Shown piece by piece: positions 51,567-64,000 of a DNA stretch of 64,000 nucleotides. The notes under the pieces were generated by a model that was not told the DNA's origin, ran no database searches, and saw nothing but the letters and a program-made list of their open reading frames with translations. Source of the stretch: Yuukianura sp. NJ FZ-2021 (lineage: Eukaryota); assembly GCA_046563655.1 (NCBI GenBank), contig CM102285.1, forward strand, positions 3,596,001 to 3,660,000. The letters run 5' to 3'. Each line of letters opens with the position of its first letter. The first letter of the stretch is position 1. The position numbers were made by a program, and so were the translations under genes.

Positions 51567-54500
51567 TCAGGACACAGTGGTTGCTTTCGGTTTAACAGTC
51601 GGCCTTTCGCACCACACGGCGTCGTTCAGGTTAGACTGATGATGAAGCCACTGAGAAACTTCTGTAAATTAAAAATCCAACGTATGAGTTTAAGCGTTGT
51701 AATTCAAAAATTCAAAAAGGTCAATCTGAAGTAGGGTTGTTTAAGTTCCGTTCCGTTCCGTCTCCACGAGGAAACGGAAACGGCAATGGAACCGAGTTTT
51801 TGAAAACGGAACGGAACTAGTTTAAAAATTGGGAAACGGAAACGAAACGAAACAGCACCGGAAAGAAACGGAACGGAACTGGAACCGAAATATAGGCATA
51901 AGTTGAGGGTCCGAAAGCAGGAGGGAGCTTTTTTCTTCTTGTGTGGGTCGGAGGTAAGCGAGAAACTAACCTAACCACCAGGAGCACATACGCACAATAT
52001 TTCAATATTATTCTGCATTTTTGATTCATTTCCTATGAAAAGTTGACTCAGAAAGTATGAAATTTATATATTTGAAGAATTTTTCGTTTCCAGTTCCATG
52101 TAGAGCAGGAAACGGTTCCACAACACCATGGAACTGGAAACGAAGAAACGGAACTTTTATTTCGTTTCCAAAAAATGTGGAAACGGAAACGACACCGGAA
52201 CCGGTTTCGTTTTGTTTCTGGCACCGGAACTTGAACATCCCTAATCTGAAGTCAAAGAGGTCAACTCACCAGTCGTTCTGATATAGGCTCCCGGATTATT
52301 TAGTTCAGCGCATCCTTCTCCCCACGAAACGCTTCCGATTTGTTGCCATACATGACGTGAATCTTCAAGAATTAGCGGTCCACCGCTGTCACCCATGCAA
52401 GAGTCACGCCCACCTTCGAAGTACCCTGCGCACATCATTCTTCTGTTGATTCGATGTGCATAAGTGTCTTTACATTGTTTTGGTGTGTAAACTGTGACAT
52501 TCAGCTTCTGCAAAAGTCCGTGTGTACCCAAAGCTTCCGCACCGCCAAGACCCCAACTGAAAGTCAGTTGCACAAACATTTGAAAAATGACAATTAAAAA
52601 TACTTCTGAATCACAAATAAAATAATAATAAACCACTAATTGAATTTGATGTTTTACAAACATTTTAGAACTCACCCCGCAACAATGGCTTGCTTGGTTG
52701 CAAAAGTACGAAGGTAACTTCCCAGTTTTGGTAAACAAACGGGGCTGAGCTGCGGGTACTTCTGAAAGTCAATTGGTTCGGGTAGTCTCACGATTGCCAC
52801 GTCAAAGTCATTTGAGTTAGCGACGTAGAGGGGATGAATAACAACTTCTTCGATTTCAAAACGAACAGATCCATTGCCACTATCCAGTGCTTTTATGGTG
52901 GATTCGTTATAGAATCTTGGTGTTGGCTTTGCGCTTTCACTGTTTTTAAAAACACCATTTGAGAACAATAAGCTCCGGACGTCAACGTCATTTTCCTAAC
53001 GCGTCATTGATAATAGCATTTCAAGAATAGCCTTACTTGTACATCCCGAGATTGGGAGTGACGTCTAATTGGTGACCACCCAAAACGATCTCCACGTTTG
53101 CGACTTGAAGATAATCACCTTTAAAGCAGTCTACAAATAATTAATGAAAAAAACAATTAAACATTAATTTTCAAATTATACTGAAACTGATGGTTTGAAC
53201 AAAGACGATTGGCTTACGAGCAGCAGTGAGGAGTGAGCGGTCATTGATAATAGAGGCACCGCAGAATGGTTGCCTAGAAATTAAAAATTTCAAAAAGTCT
53301 TATTAATTAAGTTAAAAAAAAACCAGACCATCAATTTTTTTTGGGCATGTAGTGGTTTTTGATGAAATTAAAAAAAAAAAAAAATCGCGTGAATTACCTC
53401 GTTTTAGCTTTCACCAAAGCCGCAATCCAAGGAAATTCTTGTTTCGTTGCATTCTCTCCGTTAACAATAAAATCTTGATTCGGACGTTTACCGCATTCTA
53501 AAACAAAACACCAAGAAATCAACGCTGAGGTAGGTTTGAAATTCACAGATTGGAACTTACGACATAAAGGATTCACGTTGGGCTCAAATGATTTTTCCAA
53601 AGGAGTTCCAGCATCTAAATTAAACCATGACCAGTATTATTTCCTATTGTCGAAAACCACACAAAACGAATTGGACTCACTTCTGTAGGAGCAAGTGACT
53701 GTACATTGGAACTTTGACACGGCTTGTGATTCGGATTGATGTGCTTTGTACTTAATGTAAAGGTCACGCAGTCCTCCATGAGCTGAAATCCCTTTAGGTC
53801 CGGTTTTTCCACAGAATCTTTGAAATCCATAATTGCCGTCACGAACTTCCAAAGAGTCTTGACATTGTCCAGTTTCACCAGTCAGGTTGAAGGAGTCGCA
53901 GGTTAGAAGTGGAATACACGGTTCAGTACCCTGTACAGTTTGAAAAAAAAACATCGAATAACACTAGCATCAACATCCTTAACAGGGTGGATAAAAATCA
54001 TGATTTTTTTGAAAAAAAGCAAAGCAGCAGCTTTTTTTGATTTAAAGCGCTTTTTTCTGCTTTAAAGCACTGGCATTATAAAACAACAATTCAATAGCCG
54101 AACTTGATATAAAAAACCGTAAACACGAACAAATCACTACAAAACTTATATTACAAATTCAGTTTAACCGTTTTCAAGTCAAATTTTAACGTCTTTGACT
54201 TTAAATCGTCTCATAAACAACAGTTATCTAAAATAATTTCGCGCTTTTCTTCAACGGGAAGTGCTTTTCTAAGCGAAAATAGTCTTTTTAGCTGATGTGC
54301 TTTAAAGCAGTGCTTTTAATTGCTGCTTTAAATCGTGATTTAATCACTTGCTTTAAAGCACTTCGCTTTAAAGCAGGCAACCCTGATCTTTAAACTAAAA
54401 ACAACAAAAATTAATACGCTTACAATAAAATTCCAGTTACAAGTAGGATCTTTGCGCGAACCGACAGAACCATTGGCTGAGATTGTGATGTCCTTCGCGT

Positions 54501-55138
54501 ACGGTCCCATGAAATACGTTCGAGTGCATTCTTCCTCCGTACTATTCGAGTCTTGTCCTAATTTAAAAGAAAAAAACATTCGAATTAAAGTTCTTTCCCA
54601 ATTATCAACTCAAAAGAAGTTAGAAATCCGGGTGAACCTGGCAGAAATCTCCTCAGCTTAATAATGGGATTGAGCATATTCTGAAAATAACAAAACTTGT
54701 TAGATTCGTCCGCACTAAAAAATGAGGGTGACATTACTTAAATATCATACAGCTTAAGTTGGTTTAGTTACCTGAAGTCCAAGAAACCCGCCAACTCCGC
54801 CGCCTTTTTTCTTTTTTTCGGGTTCAGCAGTTCCGACGGATCGACTACCCTGCGATGCTGTTGAAGTGTTTGCTGCTGGTGGCGTTTCTTCAAAGTCCGG
54901 ATAGTCCGGCAAGGCTATCGCCAAAAATGATAAACCCTGAAAACAGAATAAAAATATCGGTATTCTTTTTACTAAATTACAGATATTTTGTAGTAAATTC
55001 AAAAACTTGTTTTACATCGGAGCCGAGGACATCATCAAACTCAGGTATTGGGGATGCGTTTGAATATACAAATCCAAAATGCACAACTCCCAAAATTGGC
55101 AAGAACAACCGAAATACGACTAGTCGTTTCCAATCCAT
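51567..55138 (-). CDS. Secreted CUB-domain trypsin-like serine protease, paralogue D
   Basis: Same exon layout as B and C. Starts MDWKRLVVFRLFLPILGVVHFG, has a CUB exon (ORF 53637-53954), DF|IVNG, and GDSGGP in ORF 52241-52738. Two introns are enlarged by MITEs. Confidence 0.88.
51732..52243. mobile_element. hAT-type MITE (512 bp) in the last intron of protease D
   Basis: TIR TAGGGTTGTTTAAGTTCCG vs TAGGGATGTTCAAGTTCCG (17/19), 8-bp TSD ATCTGAAG (51724-51731 and 52244-52251), dense GAAACG/GGAAC subterminal repeats. Absent from the equivalent introns of B and C. Confidence 0.9.
53983..54385. mobile_element. hAT-type MITE (403 bp) in a CUB-region intron of protease D
   Basis: CAGGGT...ACCCTG ends, TSD ATCCTTAA / ATCTTTAA (1 mismatch), GCTTTAAAGC / GATTTAA subterminal repeats. 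Paralogue C has the empty site (CAACATCTTTAAACTAAAA at ~49519). Confidence 0.9.
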
Positions 55139-55516
55139 CTTGTCAATTTCAACTGTACTTGCAAAATAAGCTGCAAGAAGGTAAATTAAAACTAGTCGTG
55201 TCGGAAATGAAAAAGAAGGCTTATGTTGTAAAGAGTCCGTTCGTAGTAATTGACCTTGCTAGAATCAGAATACGCCAAAGTTTTACGTAGACAGCTTCCT
55301 AATTCGACAAATTTCTAAAAACAAAAGAACGTTAAAAATATAAAGCAGCGGGATGTCGGATTCTGAACAGAAGAACTTAATAATAAATTTATTACCCTCC
55401 ATTTAAATTAAATTAGAATTAAATCCACACGGGATGTGGGAAAGAAAAAAAATTCCAACCGAAAATTTTAAGAGCCCCAGAAAATGAACAATGGGAATGA
55501 TAAATCAGAATAAAAG

Positions 55517-57823
55517 TTATTTTGCCTTTCTAATAATTTCCTCCATCTTCTCCACTGTTTCGTTAATATTCTTATCCATAATAATTTTTACAAATTCTCC
55601 TTGCGTCGTTTTCAGGATCAAGAGCCAATCAGGAACAGTCTTATGGAGGAGCCGGAGATGAGCTTCCACTTCACCTTGAAAAAAAAACAATGAAACCTTG
55701 TTTCGAAATTTTGAAAACTCGGAGAATTTTTGAACTTTCGCTGAACAAGTTCTCATAACGTTCATGAAGATTTGGTAAAAACTTACTGTGTGACAACTCT
55801 TGGTACTGACTGTGAAAGAGCCTTTCCACGATGACGTGTAGCGCAAGAACCGATTTCTTCTCTGCCACCATCGTATTACGCACAATCTTGATAAATTCCG
55901 GCAGTCTATTCAGCATCGCCTGCTGCTTGCTTTCCTGTGGAGTCAGTGTCATACAACGAATGGCTTTTTCCTGTTCTCGAGCACGAATCTGAAAATAAAA
56001 ATTTGAATTTAGGCCAATTACATTAGTTTTCTTCCTAAAATACAATTGTCGAGCGACAATCGCTTGAGACAACAACAGTTATGGCTACAATTGGTTAATT
56101 TGCATCATCAGAAAACAAAGTGGTCCAAACAAAACATAGTACTTATTCAAAGTTAAGTAAAAGCTTAGATATGAAAATCCCACTTATCAGTATCACCTCG
56201 TTTTCACTAAAGTTAATTCAAAAGACTCACCTTATCAATAAGGTTTTGTGACACTCCCTTCAATGCCGCAAGGTTCTTCTTATTCAACTGGTTTCCCTTT
56301 TCTTCAACTAGTTTAGTAGCTTCTGGAACGGCAGTACGAGAAGATGTGGGAGGGTTGAGTGACCCGACTTGACCTGGCCCTGGAATTACTTCTTTGTTAT
56401 TCTTGGTCAACACTTTGTTGACGGCAGCCAACATTGCAGGATTTCCTTTAGCCCGAAGCATGAGAGCTTGCTGGGCTTTCAAAATTGCTTCCCTAGCAGC
56501 AGTCCTTTTGTCACTAACGTTGGAAGCTGGTGCTGGAGCTGCAATTTCCTTTGGAGTTGAATCCAGTGGAGCTTCTGCTGGTGGAGATGCCATACCAGCA
56601 CTTGCTCCAGCAGCAGTTTTCTTCATTAGCTCCTGCAGAGCCAACCGCATTCGTGGATTTGCTGCTTCCATGATGTTCCGAGCTCTAGCCATGACTTCCT
56701 TAGCTGTTGTTTTAGCAGCCTCAGATTCAGGACTCTTTGGCATTGGCGACGGGTCAATACTCGGAACGCCATTGATCGGAAACTTTGGGTGCCAGCGAGT
56801 CACTTCTGTATCGTGAGGCAGCTCAATTGGCGGGTCAAGTGACAACAGAAATTCCTGAAGAGAAAAAATTCGCAAACAACATTGGTTAAAAATCGTTAGA
56901 GTTAAAGCTGTCACATGAACGTTCGCGTACCTTGTGATATTTGTGGCAAAGATCCCGGAGAGAATTTTGAAAAATTCTGCGCCTTTCAGTCATGAGAGCG
57001 GAAGTCATTTTTCCACCTTGGGACGGAAGCGATGAAGCAGTCAAATTGGGAATCATGACCAGCTGATATGACCATTCCTTCGTGCCTGGCGTCGTAATCT
57101 TTTCGTACGCAAAAGTATAGCAATTCGGAAAAATTGTTAGGAATTGAGCCAAATGCTTCTCTCGCAATTGAGCTGTTCGGATAAGCTCCAGCACTGCTGG
57201 CTTCACTTTGCTGAATGTAATGACTTCGTTTCGATTGAAGAAAATAGAAGCAACGGTTTCCACAGCTCGGAAATATTCAGTCAATACTTTATACTTGTAT
57301 GGAAGCGGTAAATTAGTAGTCAAAGTGAGTCCTGACGTCGTTTCCTTGGCTGCAGTCGTAGAAGAAACATGTCCAGAGGAAGCTCCAATTGAGGATTCAT
57401 TAGTAGAATCTGGAACCATTTCCACATCTTCCACATCATGAGTTGAAACCAAGTGATGATATCTATGGACAAATTATTTAGAGTAATTGGTTGATTGGTT
57501 GCTCTAGTTTGAATTGATATTAAATCATAAACAACTTACTTTTTGAAACAAGGAATATGACGTTTCCCTTTGGCTGTTTTCCGTTCAATGTTAGTGTCAA
57601 TAGTCGATGATGAAACTTCTGGAGAGTTGACCCGTTCAGTTTCAGGACTAAGGGTTGATACAGTATCAGCAGCGACAGAGGCTCTAATTGGATTTGGTTT
57701 ATCCTGACCACCAGCTACCGGTGAACTGGAAACGGCGACCAATTTTGCTGACTTGTTGTTAGGTGGTTCGTCGCGAATTCGTTTCTTAATCCTGAAGTAA
57801 TTAGCCACTGATGGTTGCTGCAT
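55517..57823 (-). CDS. CDT1: DNA replication licensing factor Cdt1 (double parked orthologue), 5 coding exons
   Basis: Exons 57823-57540, 57462-56931, 56854-56231, 55988-55787, 55674-55517 join in frame. N-terminal PIP degron MQQPSVANYFRIKKR, LPLPYKYKVLTEYFRAVETV, ERRRIFQNSL, TRWHPKF, LKGVSQNLIDKIRARE, and C-terminal AHLRLL...PDWL are all Cdt1 hallmarks. Confidence 0.95.
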
Positions 57824-59828
57824 GATTGATTAATTACAAGTGTCGATGTTTGACTCCCAGTAACCTCCAACTTTTGATGTAGAATTAAGTTATCGATCTG
57901 AAAAGACATGAAACGAGAATGTAAGTCCAAGGAAGCGTCAAAATTTCAGGTTTAATGTTTGTACAATGATACAGAAGCACTGTGCTTCAAGCACACTAAT
58001 GCTTTCACCAATTTAATTTAACAATTTCAATTCAATGTCGAACTCATCTACATTATTGTACTATTTTAAAAAGTAAAAGTGTAAATTTCAATGACGCGAG
58101 GACAAATCCTAGAAAAAAGCAAATCCATTGTAAGCTAAGGGAGTACATAAATAAACTTGAATTAATTTGCTTTTGTTTTAAAAATCTTCGAATGAAAACC
58201 AAAACCCGTTAGATTTCCTTGCAAGCGAAAAAAAAGATGACAATGACTATTTCTCACCTTATTTGCAGCAAACAGCTGAAACCGGGAAGCATTTAGCGAT
58301 TTTCCAAGCAGTAATGACTTCAAGCACGTAGTTGTAATTTTAACTGTCCAGCACAAAAATCAAAGTAGAAATGAGAAGTTGGTCAAGAGCAGCAGCCAAA
58401 GCAAAGGAAAAGGTCCAAAGCAAGAGGCAGCAATAGTAGGATTTAGCATCATTAGAATAAGTCAGAGTTGATAATCAAATGCTCCAATTTCATTTCAAGG
58501 TGGAAGGAATGGAATCCAAAATTGCTGTATTGAAGGAGTTTACTACGAAAAACGAAATTCGTCCAGAAATTTTGTGCAATTATTGTTTCCATTCGTCAAT
58601 ACGTTTTTACGCTTGGGTGGATTGGGGAATTGGCTATGGTTGGTCAAAATTTATGGAATCAATGACCTTAAGGAACTCTCACCGTGATGTCCTCACCTAA
58701 TGGAAAATGACAAAGATGAAGATGATAAAAGATTATTACTTTTTTTTAATCTAATTTCACACGTTTCTTACTCAGTAACTAAGTTGTCCAGAAATCCAGG
58801 AAACAATTCTACTGAGAGACAACTGGCAACTCGTGTAATGTAGTTCGCGTGACCCGACCCTGACCTCGACCAGCTGTTGTTGCAGCGAAACAGTTTTCGT
58901 TGTTGATATGATGAGGATGACCCCCTGGCTATGGTATGTAGTTTACAGCTTAAGCTCCTCCGGCTCCGGGATACCAATTTCAACGCGACTGCTTTTGGCT
59001 GCAATGAAGACTGTGCCACAATGTCAACAACCAAGATGGCTACCAATGAATGTGGTAATGATAAACAAAAGATCTGCGAGCCGAAACACAACACAAAGGC
59101 ACGGAGATCGGAGATGTGTGGATTCATTTGAGAAAAAGAGGGAAGAATCTCTGGAATCCCGCCACTCAAAACAAAAAATACTCGAGATAAGACTGAATAG
59201 AAAGTGAAACATATGATAACGAAGTTTTAATTGTTTTGCCCAACTAAACGCAACAATTACTAATTAACTAATTTAGTAAAGATAACCATTTGTCGAAGCA
59301 TGTTGTTGCAAATAGGCAAAGCGAAATAGCGGAATTTGTTCGTACAATAGGGGTTGAAAATTTCTAAATTTCAACATGAAACGGAACATGCGGGTCAAGT
59401 TTCTGTCAAAATTACTGAAACAAATAATAGAGAGAAGTCTTCTGTCTGATTGGCGGTGAAACAGAACAGCAAAAACATCGATAAAATCGGTGGCAAAAAG
59501 GCAAAGCAAAGGCATGGCAGAAGAATAAGTTAAAATTCATTTCAATTATTCAGGTTAATTGATTGATTCTTTGATTTTCTAGACATACCTTCTGCAATTT
59601 GGTTGAGGTTGTTCGCGATTTAGTTGGGCTCCGTACAGCAAGTGAGAAAATTGACTGATTTCTTGTAAAATTACTACTCCACGTGAGGTATGTTTAATCG
59701 AATATCGTGTTTAACTTGTAAACATGTCTACTAATATGTTTAATTATCGATTTTTAGGTGTTTCAACGCTGGTGAAGAAACCCAGATCGTTGTTACTGCT
59801 ACCGATTGGTTACTTCAATTGATTCGCT

Positions 59829-62578
59829 ATGTATTGTCTTTGCCTTTGTCTTCTTCTGATGTCGAGTCAGGCACTGTCTTTCGAAGCTCGTGTACTTGAA
59901 CTGAGTGACCGGTAATCAGAATTACTTGTTTAATTTTAGTTTTAATTTGACAAGTTAGTTTATTACGCCTATGATTCCAAGAAAAGATTGCTCCAACCCC
60001 CATGCATGAGAATTAAGAAAACGCGAGAAGATATTCTTGCTGGAGACGGGGTCGTTCCTGTGTTGTCAAAGCTGAATTCAGTTGCAATAATTTATTGATT
60101 TCCAGAACGAATCGTGGCGTGTTACACTGATTTCATGAATGAATCCTATTTTGCTGGTTTCAGGTTTCTGGAATTCCAAAATGAAGGAATGTGGCTAGTG
60201 AAGGTAATCGAAATCGGTCATTTCAGTATGAAATTGCAGTAGTAGTTGAGACTAAAGATTTTTTTTTATTATAGTTCTACGCTCCTTGGTGTGGACATTG
60301 CAAAAGGCTGGAACCAATATTTAACCACGTTGCTCAGGCGTTATATGACAGTCCAATTCGTGTTGCCAAAGTGGACTGCACGAGGTTTCCAACCGTTGCA
60401 AGTACATTTAGAGTCAGTGGCTACCCCACCATAATGTTGTAAGATTTTTATAACTTCAGCTTTCTGCACCATCTGAAGAATCAGAATGTCATTGAAACCC
60501 ACTGATAATTCAGTTACCCTTGGGATAACGTAATGTGTCAAAAATTTCAGTGCATTGACTTCTGTTTTTTCCTTGAATTAGCCGTGACCAAAAGTTTATG
60601 CTGACATTGCTTTTACAATGTCAATGTTCTTGTTCTTAGCATCCGTGGTGGCGTCCCTCACATCTATCAAGGTGATCGGAAGACAGAAGATATCGTACGT
60701 TATGCTCGAAGAATGTCTGGACCCGCGGTCAAGGACCTGACATACTCGTGTAAAGACATTCAATGCGTCTTTAAGGAATCGGAAATCGTGTTTTCCTATG
60801 TTGGAATTCAAGACGGACCACTTTGGGTCAGTGACACAATGTACAAAAAAAAAAGTGAAATATTTAATCCTGTTAACTATGCTATTTGTATGCTTGCAAT
60901 TTACGAACTATCATCCCCTAGTTTTTAGTAACGGGATGAGAATTTCAGAAATGGAAGAAATAATCTCAAATCATTGAGGGAATGAATTGAATTACATTTA
61001 ACTAATATTTGAATTCTCTTTTCAGGAAGCTTTTAATGCCACGGCCTATCAGTACCAGTCCCTCAATGTCTTTTATGCACTCAGCAAGGAAGAAGCTCCC
61101 GAGGAATGGACTCTCAATGTAACACACGTTTTCAAAGAAAGTTATGTTCGTTATGAAAACACTCACTAAAACAGTTTTCCCGTTTTTTTTCTCAGAATGA
61201 ACTTCCATTTGTTGCCGTGAAAAAGGAATCCGATGAAGACTTTTTCGATATTCCAAAGCCAGATCCATTCGATGACTTCCATGGAGGAGCAGAGTACAAC
61301 TTGACTCAATTGTTGGCGTCTTGGGTGGAGAGGGAACGATTCCCCACTTTTGTGGAAATGAGTCGCGGGAATTTTCAAACACTTCTGGATACTCACAAGT
61401 ATTTAGTAATGGCAGTTGTGGAACAAGACAAGTTGGGGCGAATTACGCCTGAAATGACAGAGTGAGTTTCAATTCTTATGCAATTAAGGCCATAGTTGTT
61501 TAAACATTTTAATTCTTCACAATTCTTTTGATTACTAGCTTCAAAAATTTGGTACACTCAGTAGTGCTCCGGAATAAGCAGAAGTATCATCAGTAAGTTA
61601 AAAAAAATACAATTAACTTGCACCATCGTTGGTTTAACGTAGCGTTTTTGAATTAGGATGTTTCAGTTTGGCTGGTTGGGAGCGCCGTCTTTAGCGAATT
61701 CAATTGCGATGGAAACTTTACCAATTCCAGCTCTCTTCATTCTAAACGCATCTACCTTCCAGCACCATATTCCACACGACGACCCGCAGCATTTGACGGC
61801 AGAGGCCATTGAAACATTTATCGAGTCCATCTTGAACGAATCTGCCCCTGTATGATACATTTCAAATTCAACAAGTTCCACGAAAATTCATAATTTTTGT
61901 TTTTCTTTTGATCTTTAGGTCTATGGTGGTCGATCTCTTGGTACAAAAATCTACCGTGCCTATTACGAAGGGAAAACGAATTTGGCTGAAATGTGGGCCG
62001 GTAATCCCGTACTTACTACCGTAATTTTTGGTCTCCCACTTGCGTTTCTGAGCCTCATCTTCTACTCAATTTGCTGTGCTGATTTCATGGATGCTTCGGA
62101 CGAGGATGACGGTAAGTTAACTAGTAATGTTCATGTCCAAATGGTTCCATGCGAAATCGTAGAATGAGTTACTGCGAAACTAATTCCATCGAAAGTCAAC
62201 TTACTTCAAATAGTAGTAAACAAAACGTAACCTTAATGATTTCAAGTTTAATCAAACTTAACCTAATGGAAGCTAGCCTAACTAATCCTAGCTTTATGAT
62301 TTCACAAATAACCTAACTTAATTTTACTTTAAAATAAGCTTTCACAGTAATTCGCTTCGCAGTCGTTCATTCGACGAAATGGCATGATACCATTTGAGTA
62401 GTAATAAGCTTTCGAACTGTTATGCGAGCTTTAGTGCGAGTTGACAAAGAATTAACAACTAGTAATTGAGGATTTAACAATTAATTTCTTCTTTTTGTAT
62501 TATGGTTATGGTGAACTAATAATCTTTTTATTTTTAATAGATCCAGCAACAAGATCCCCACATGAGAAGCGTGATTAA
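59829..62578 (+). CDS. TMX3: Thioredoxin-related transmembrane protein 3 (PDI family), ~10 coding exons
   Basis: Signal peptide MYCLCLCLLLMSSQALS, RVLELSDRF, WLVKFYAPWCGHCKRLEP, VAKVDCTRFP, WVERERFP, FQFGW, transmembrane segment NPVLTTVIFGLPLAFLSLIFYSICC, an acidic tail and C-terminal HEKRD*. Exons have GT-AG boundaries. Confidence 0.93.
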
Positions 62579-63299
62579 ACTTTTCTGGAACATGGTCGTT
62601 CGTGCTTCCGAATCCGAACGCGACACTGACGAATTCCACCGGTCACTCCTGTTTCGCAAGTGTATTCATCCATATCTAGTCACAAATTTTGTTCCAAGCA
62701 TTATATACGTAGCGTTGTTTAGTAATTTGAGTGACAATCGATCTTAAAATAACGTTGAGCTTGACGCATGCGTGCTTATCATTTTTCAATGTGGTAACTA
62801 CATCCTTATTTTACCGAAATCTTGTCTTTTCTTTTTCGAATTTCGTTACGCAAACGATCGCAGAGGACCAAAATGATTTGGTTTCTTTTTTCCCTAGTCG
62901 TTTTGAGAAAATAAAAGACCAATTTAGGAAATTCTGAATCAATCAAAGCAAAACTAATTCCGAACGAACAATTTATTTAGTTGAGGCTCCCATTTCTTTG
63001 ATACATTTCCAACAAATGGTAAACAGTTTTCCTCTTCAAGTAATTACTATCCCCTAAAATTTGACTAATTTTACGTAAGGTTAATAACGTTTATTTGACA
63101 TTTGGCAATCTTTTTTGTTGCACTTTAGTGACGACTTGAGTTTAAGTTCACTTGATTTAACAATTCTTATAGTCTATTTACAGTCTATTCTTTCATGATT
63201 TGTTTACCGCCCAAGCTAACTAATTAATTATTGATATTCCTTGTATAAATGATTTCTGTTACTTCTTACCCAGTACTCCTGTCTAGAATGCCTATCAAA

Positions 63300-64000
63300 A
63301 CCGCGCACCCATCAGAAATATCTTCAGTCTCGCGAAGTAGGTACATGATTTACAATAATATAAGTTAAGATTAATATTTAATAAAAGTTTAATATAATTT
63401 TCTCTCTTTTCAGATTCTGTGAGCCCCATTCTTAACATTTGCCATCGAAGATCAGTCTCCACCGAAGCTTTCTAAACCGATATAAGATTCACCAAAAATA
63501 AATATAGGTAACTGCATCCCATGGCGGGATATTTTAAACTCTTATCGAACAATTTGTCAACAAGTTAATGCATACTACACGTTTTGATTTAAATTCTAGG
63601 CCACTAACATTCCTTTGTTCGATTACCAGCGGACCAATGGAAGGAAAAACTATTCGTTTACATGAAGCAGCGATTTGTCGCTGCTGGTGCTACAGCTGGA
63701 AGACATCTCGCTAGAACACAAGCTGAAGAAAGTATAAAAGAAAGGACAAACAGATACAATTTCTGTGCTTGACAAGGTAAATAAAACTAAAGTTTAATAG
63801 CAGCGCACCATCAGTTTGAGCTTCTCGTGAGAATATAGTGTAGAAAATAATTCCAATTGAAATTAGTAGTTACGTTTGTAGCGACTTTGTGTAAAACTGT
63901 TTCTTTTTTCCAGGACATGCGAAGCCTGTATTGGAAGCAACGACGTTTTCCTTCTAGAACCACATATGATTACTCCATGGATCATCAGGGCTGTTGCCGT
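63300..64000 (+). other. Unidentified spliced transcription unit (non-coding, 5' UTR or pseudogene), runs off the window
   Basis: Three ~70-140 nt introns with good signals (gtacat...ttttcag ~63341-63413; gtaact...ttctag ~63508-63599; gtaaat...ttttccag ~63777-63913). The 63600-63776 exon has stops in all three frames. Confidence 0.4.

Noticed and set aside
43079..56816. + strand ORFs such as 43079-43531, 54855-55169 and 56394-56816
   Set aside because: They are antisense shadows of protease and Cdt1 exons.

Overview
AT-rich eukaryotic genomic DNA from an arthropod or other panarthropod. The evidence is a miR-276 hairpin, short ~60-100 nt GT-AG introns and an insect-like Cdt1 PIP degron. About 1-40 kb has no recognisable protein-coding gene. 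It carries a miR-276 hairpin (~26.5 kb, + strand) flanked by a Helentron-type non-autonomous element (HINE/DINE-1-like) and a CCAAT-rich degenerate minisatellite. About 40.4-55.2 kb is a tandem array of four secreted CUB + trypsin-like serine protease genes on the - strand (A, B, C, D). Their introns hold four hAT-type MITEs with 8-bp TSDs, and fragments of the neighbouring Cdt1 gene sit at the duplication junctions. Cdt1 (- strand) and a divergently transcribed TMX3 (+ strand) follow, then an unidentified spliced + strand unit at the window end. All exon models were read by eye from splice signals and reading frame. No alignments or database searches were run.
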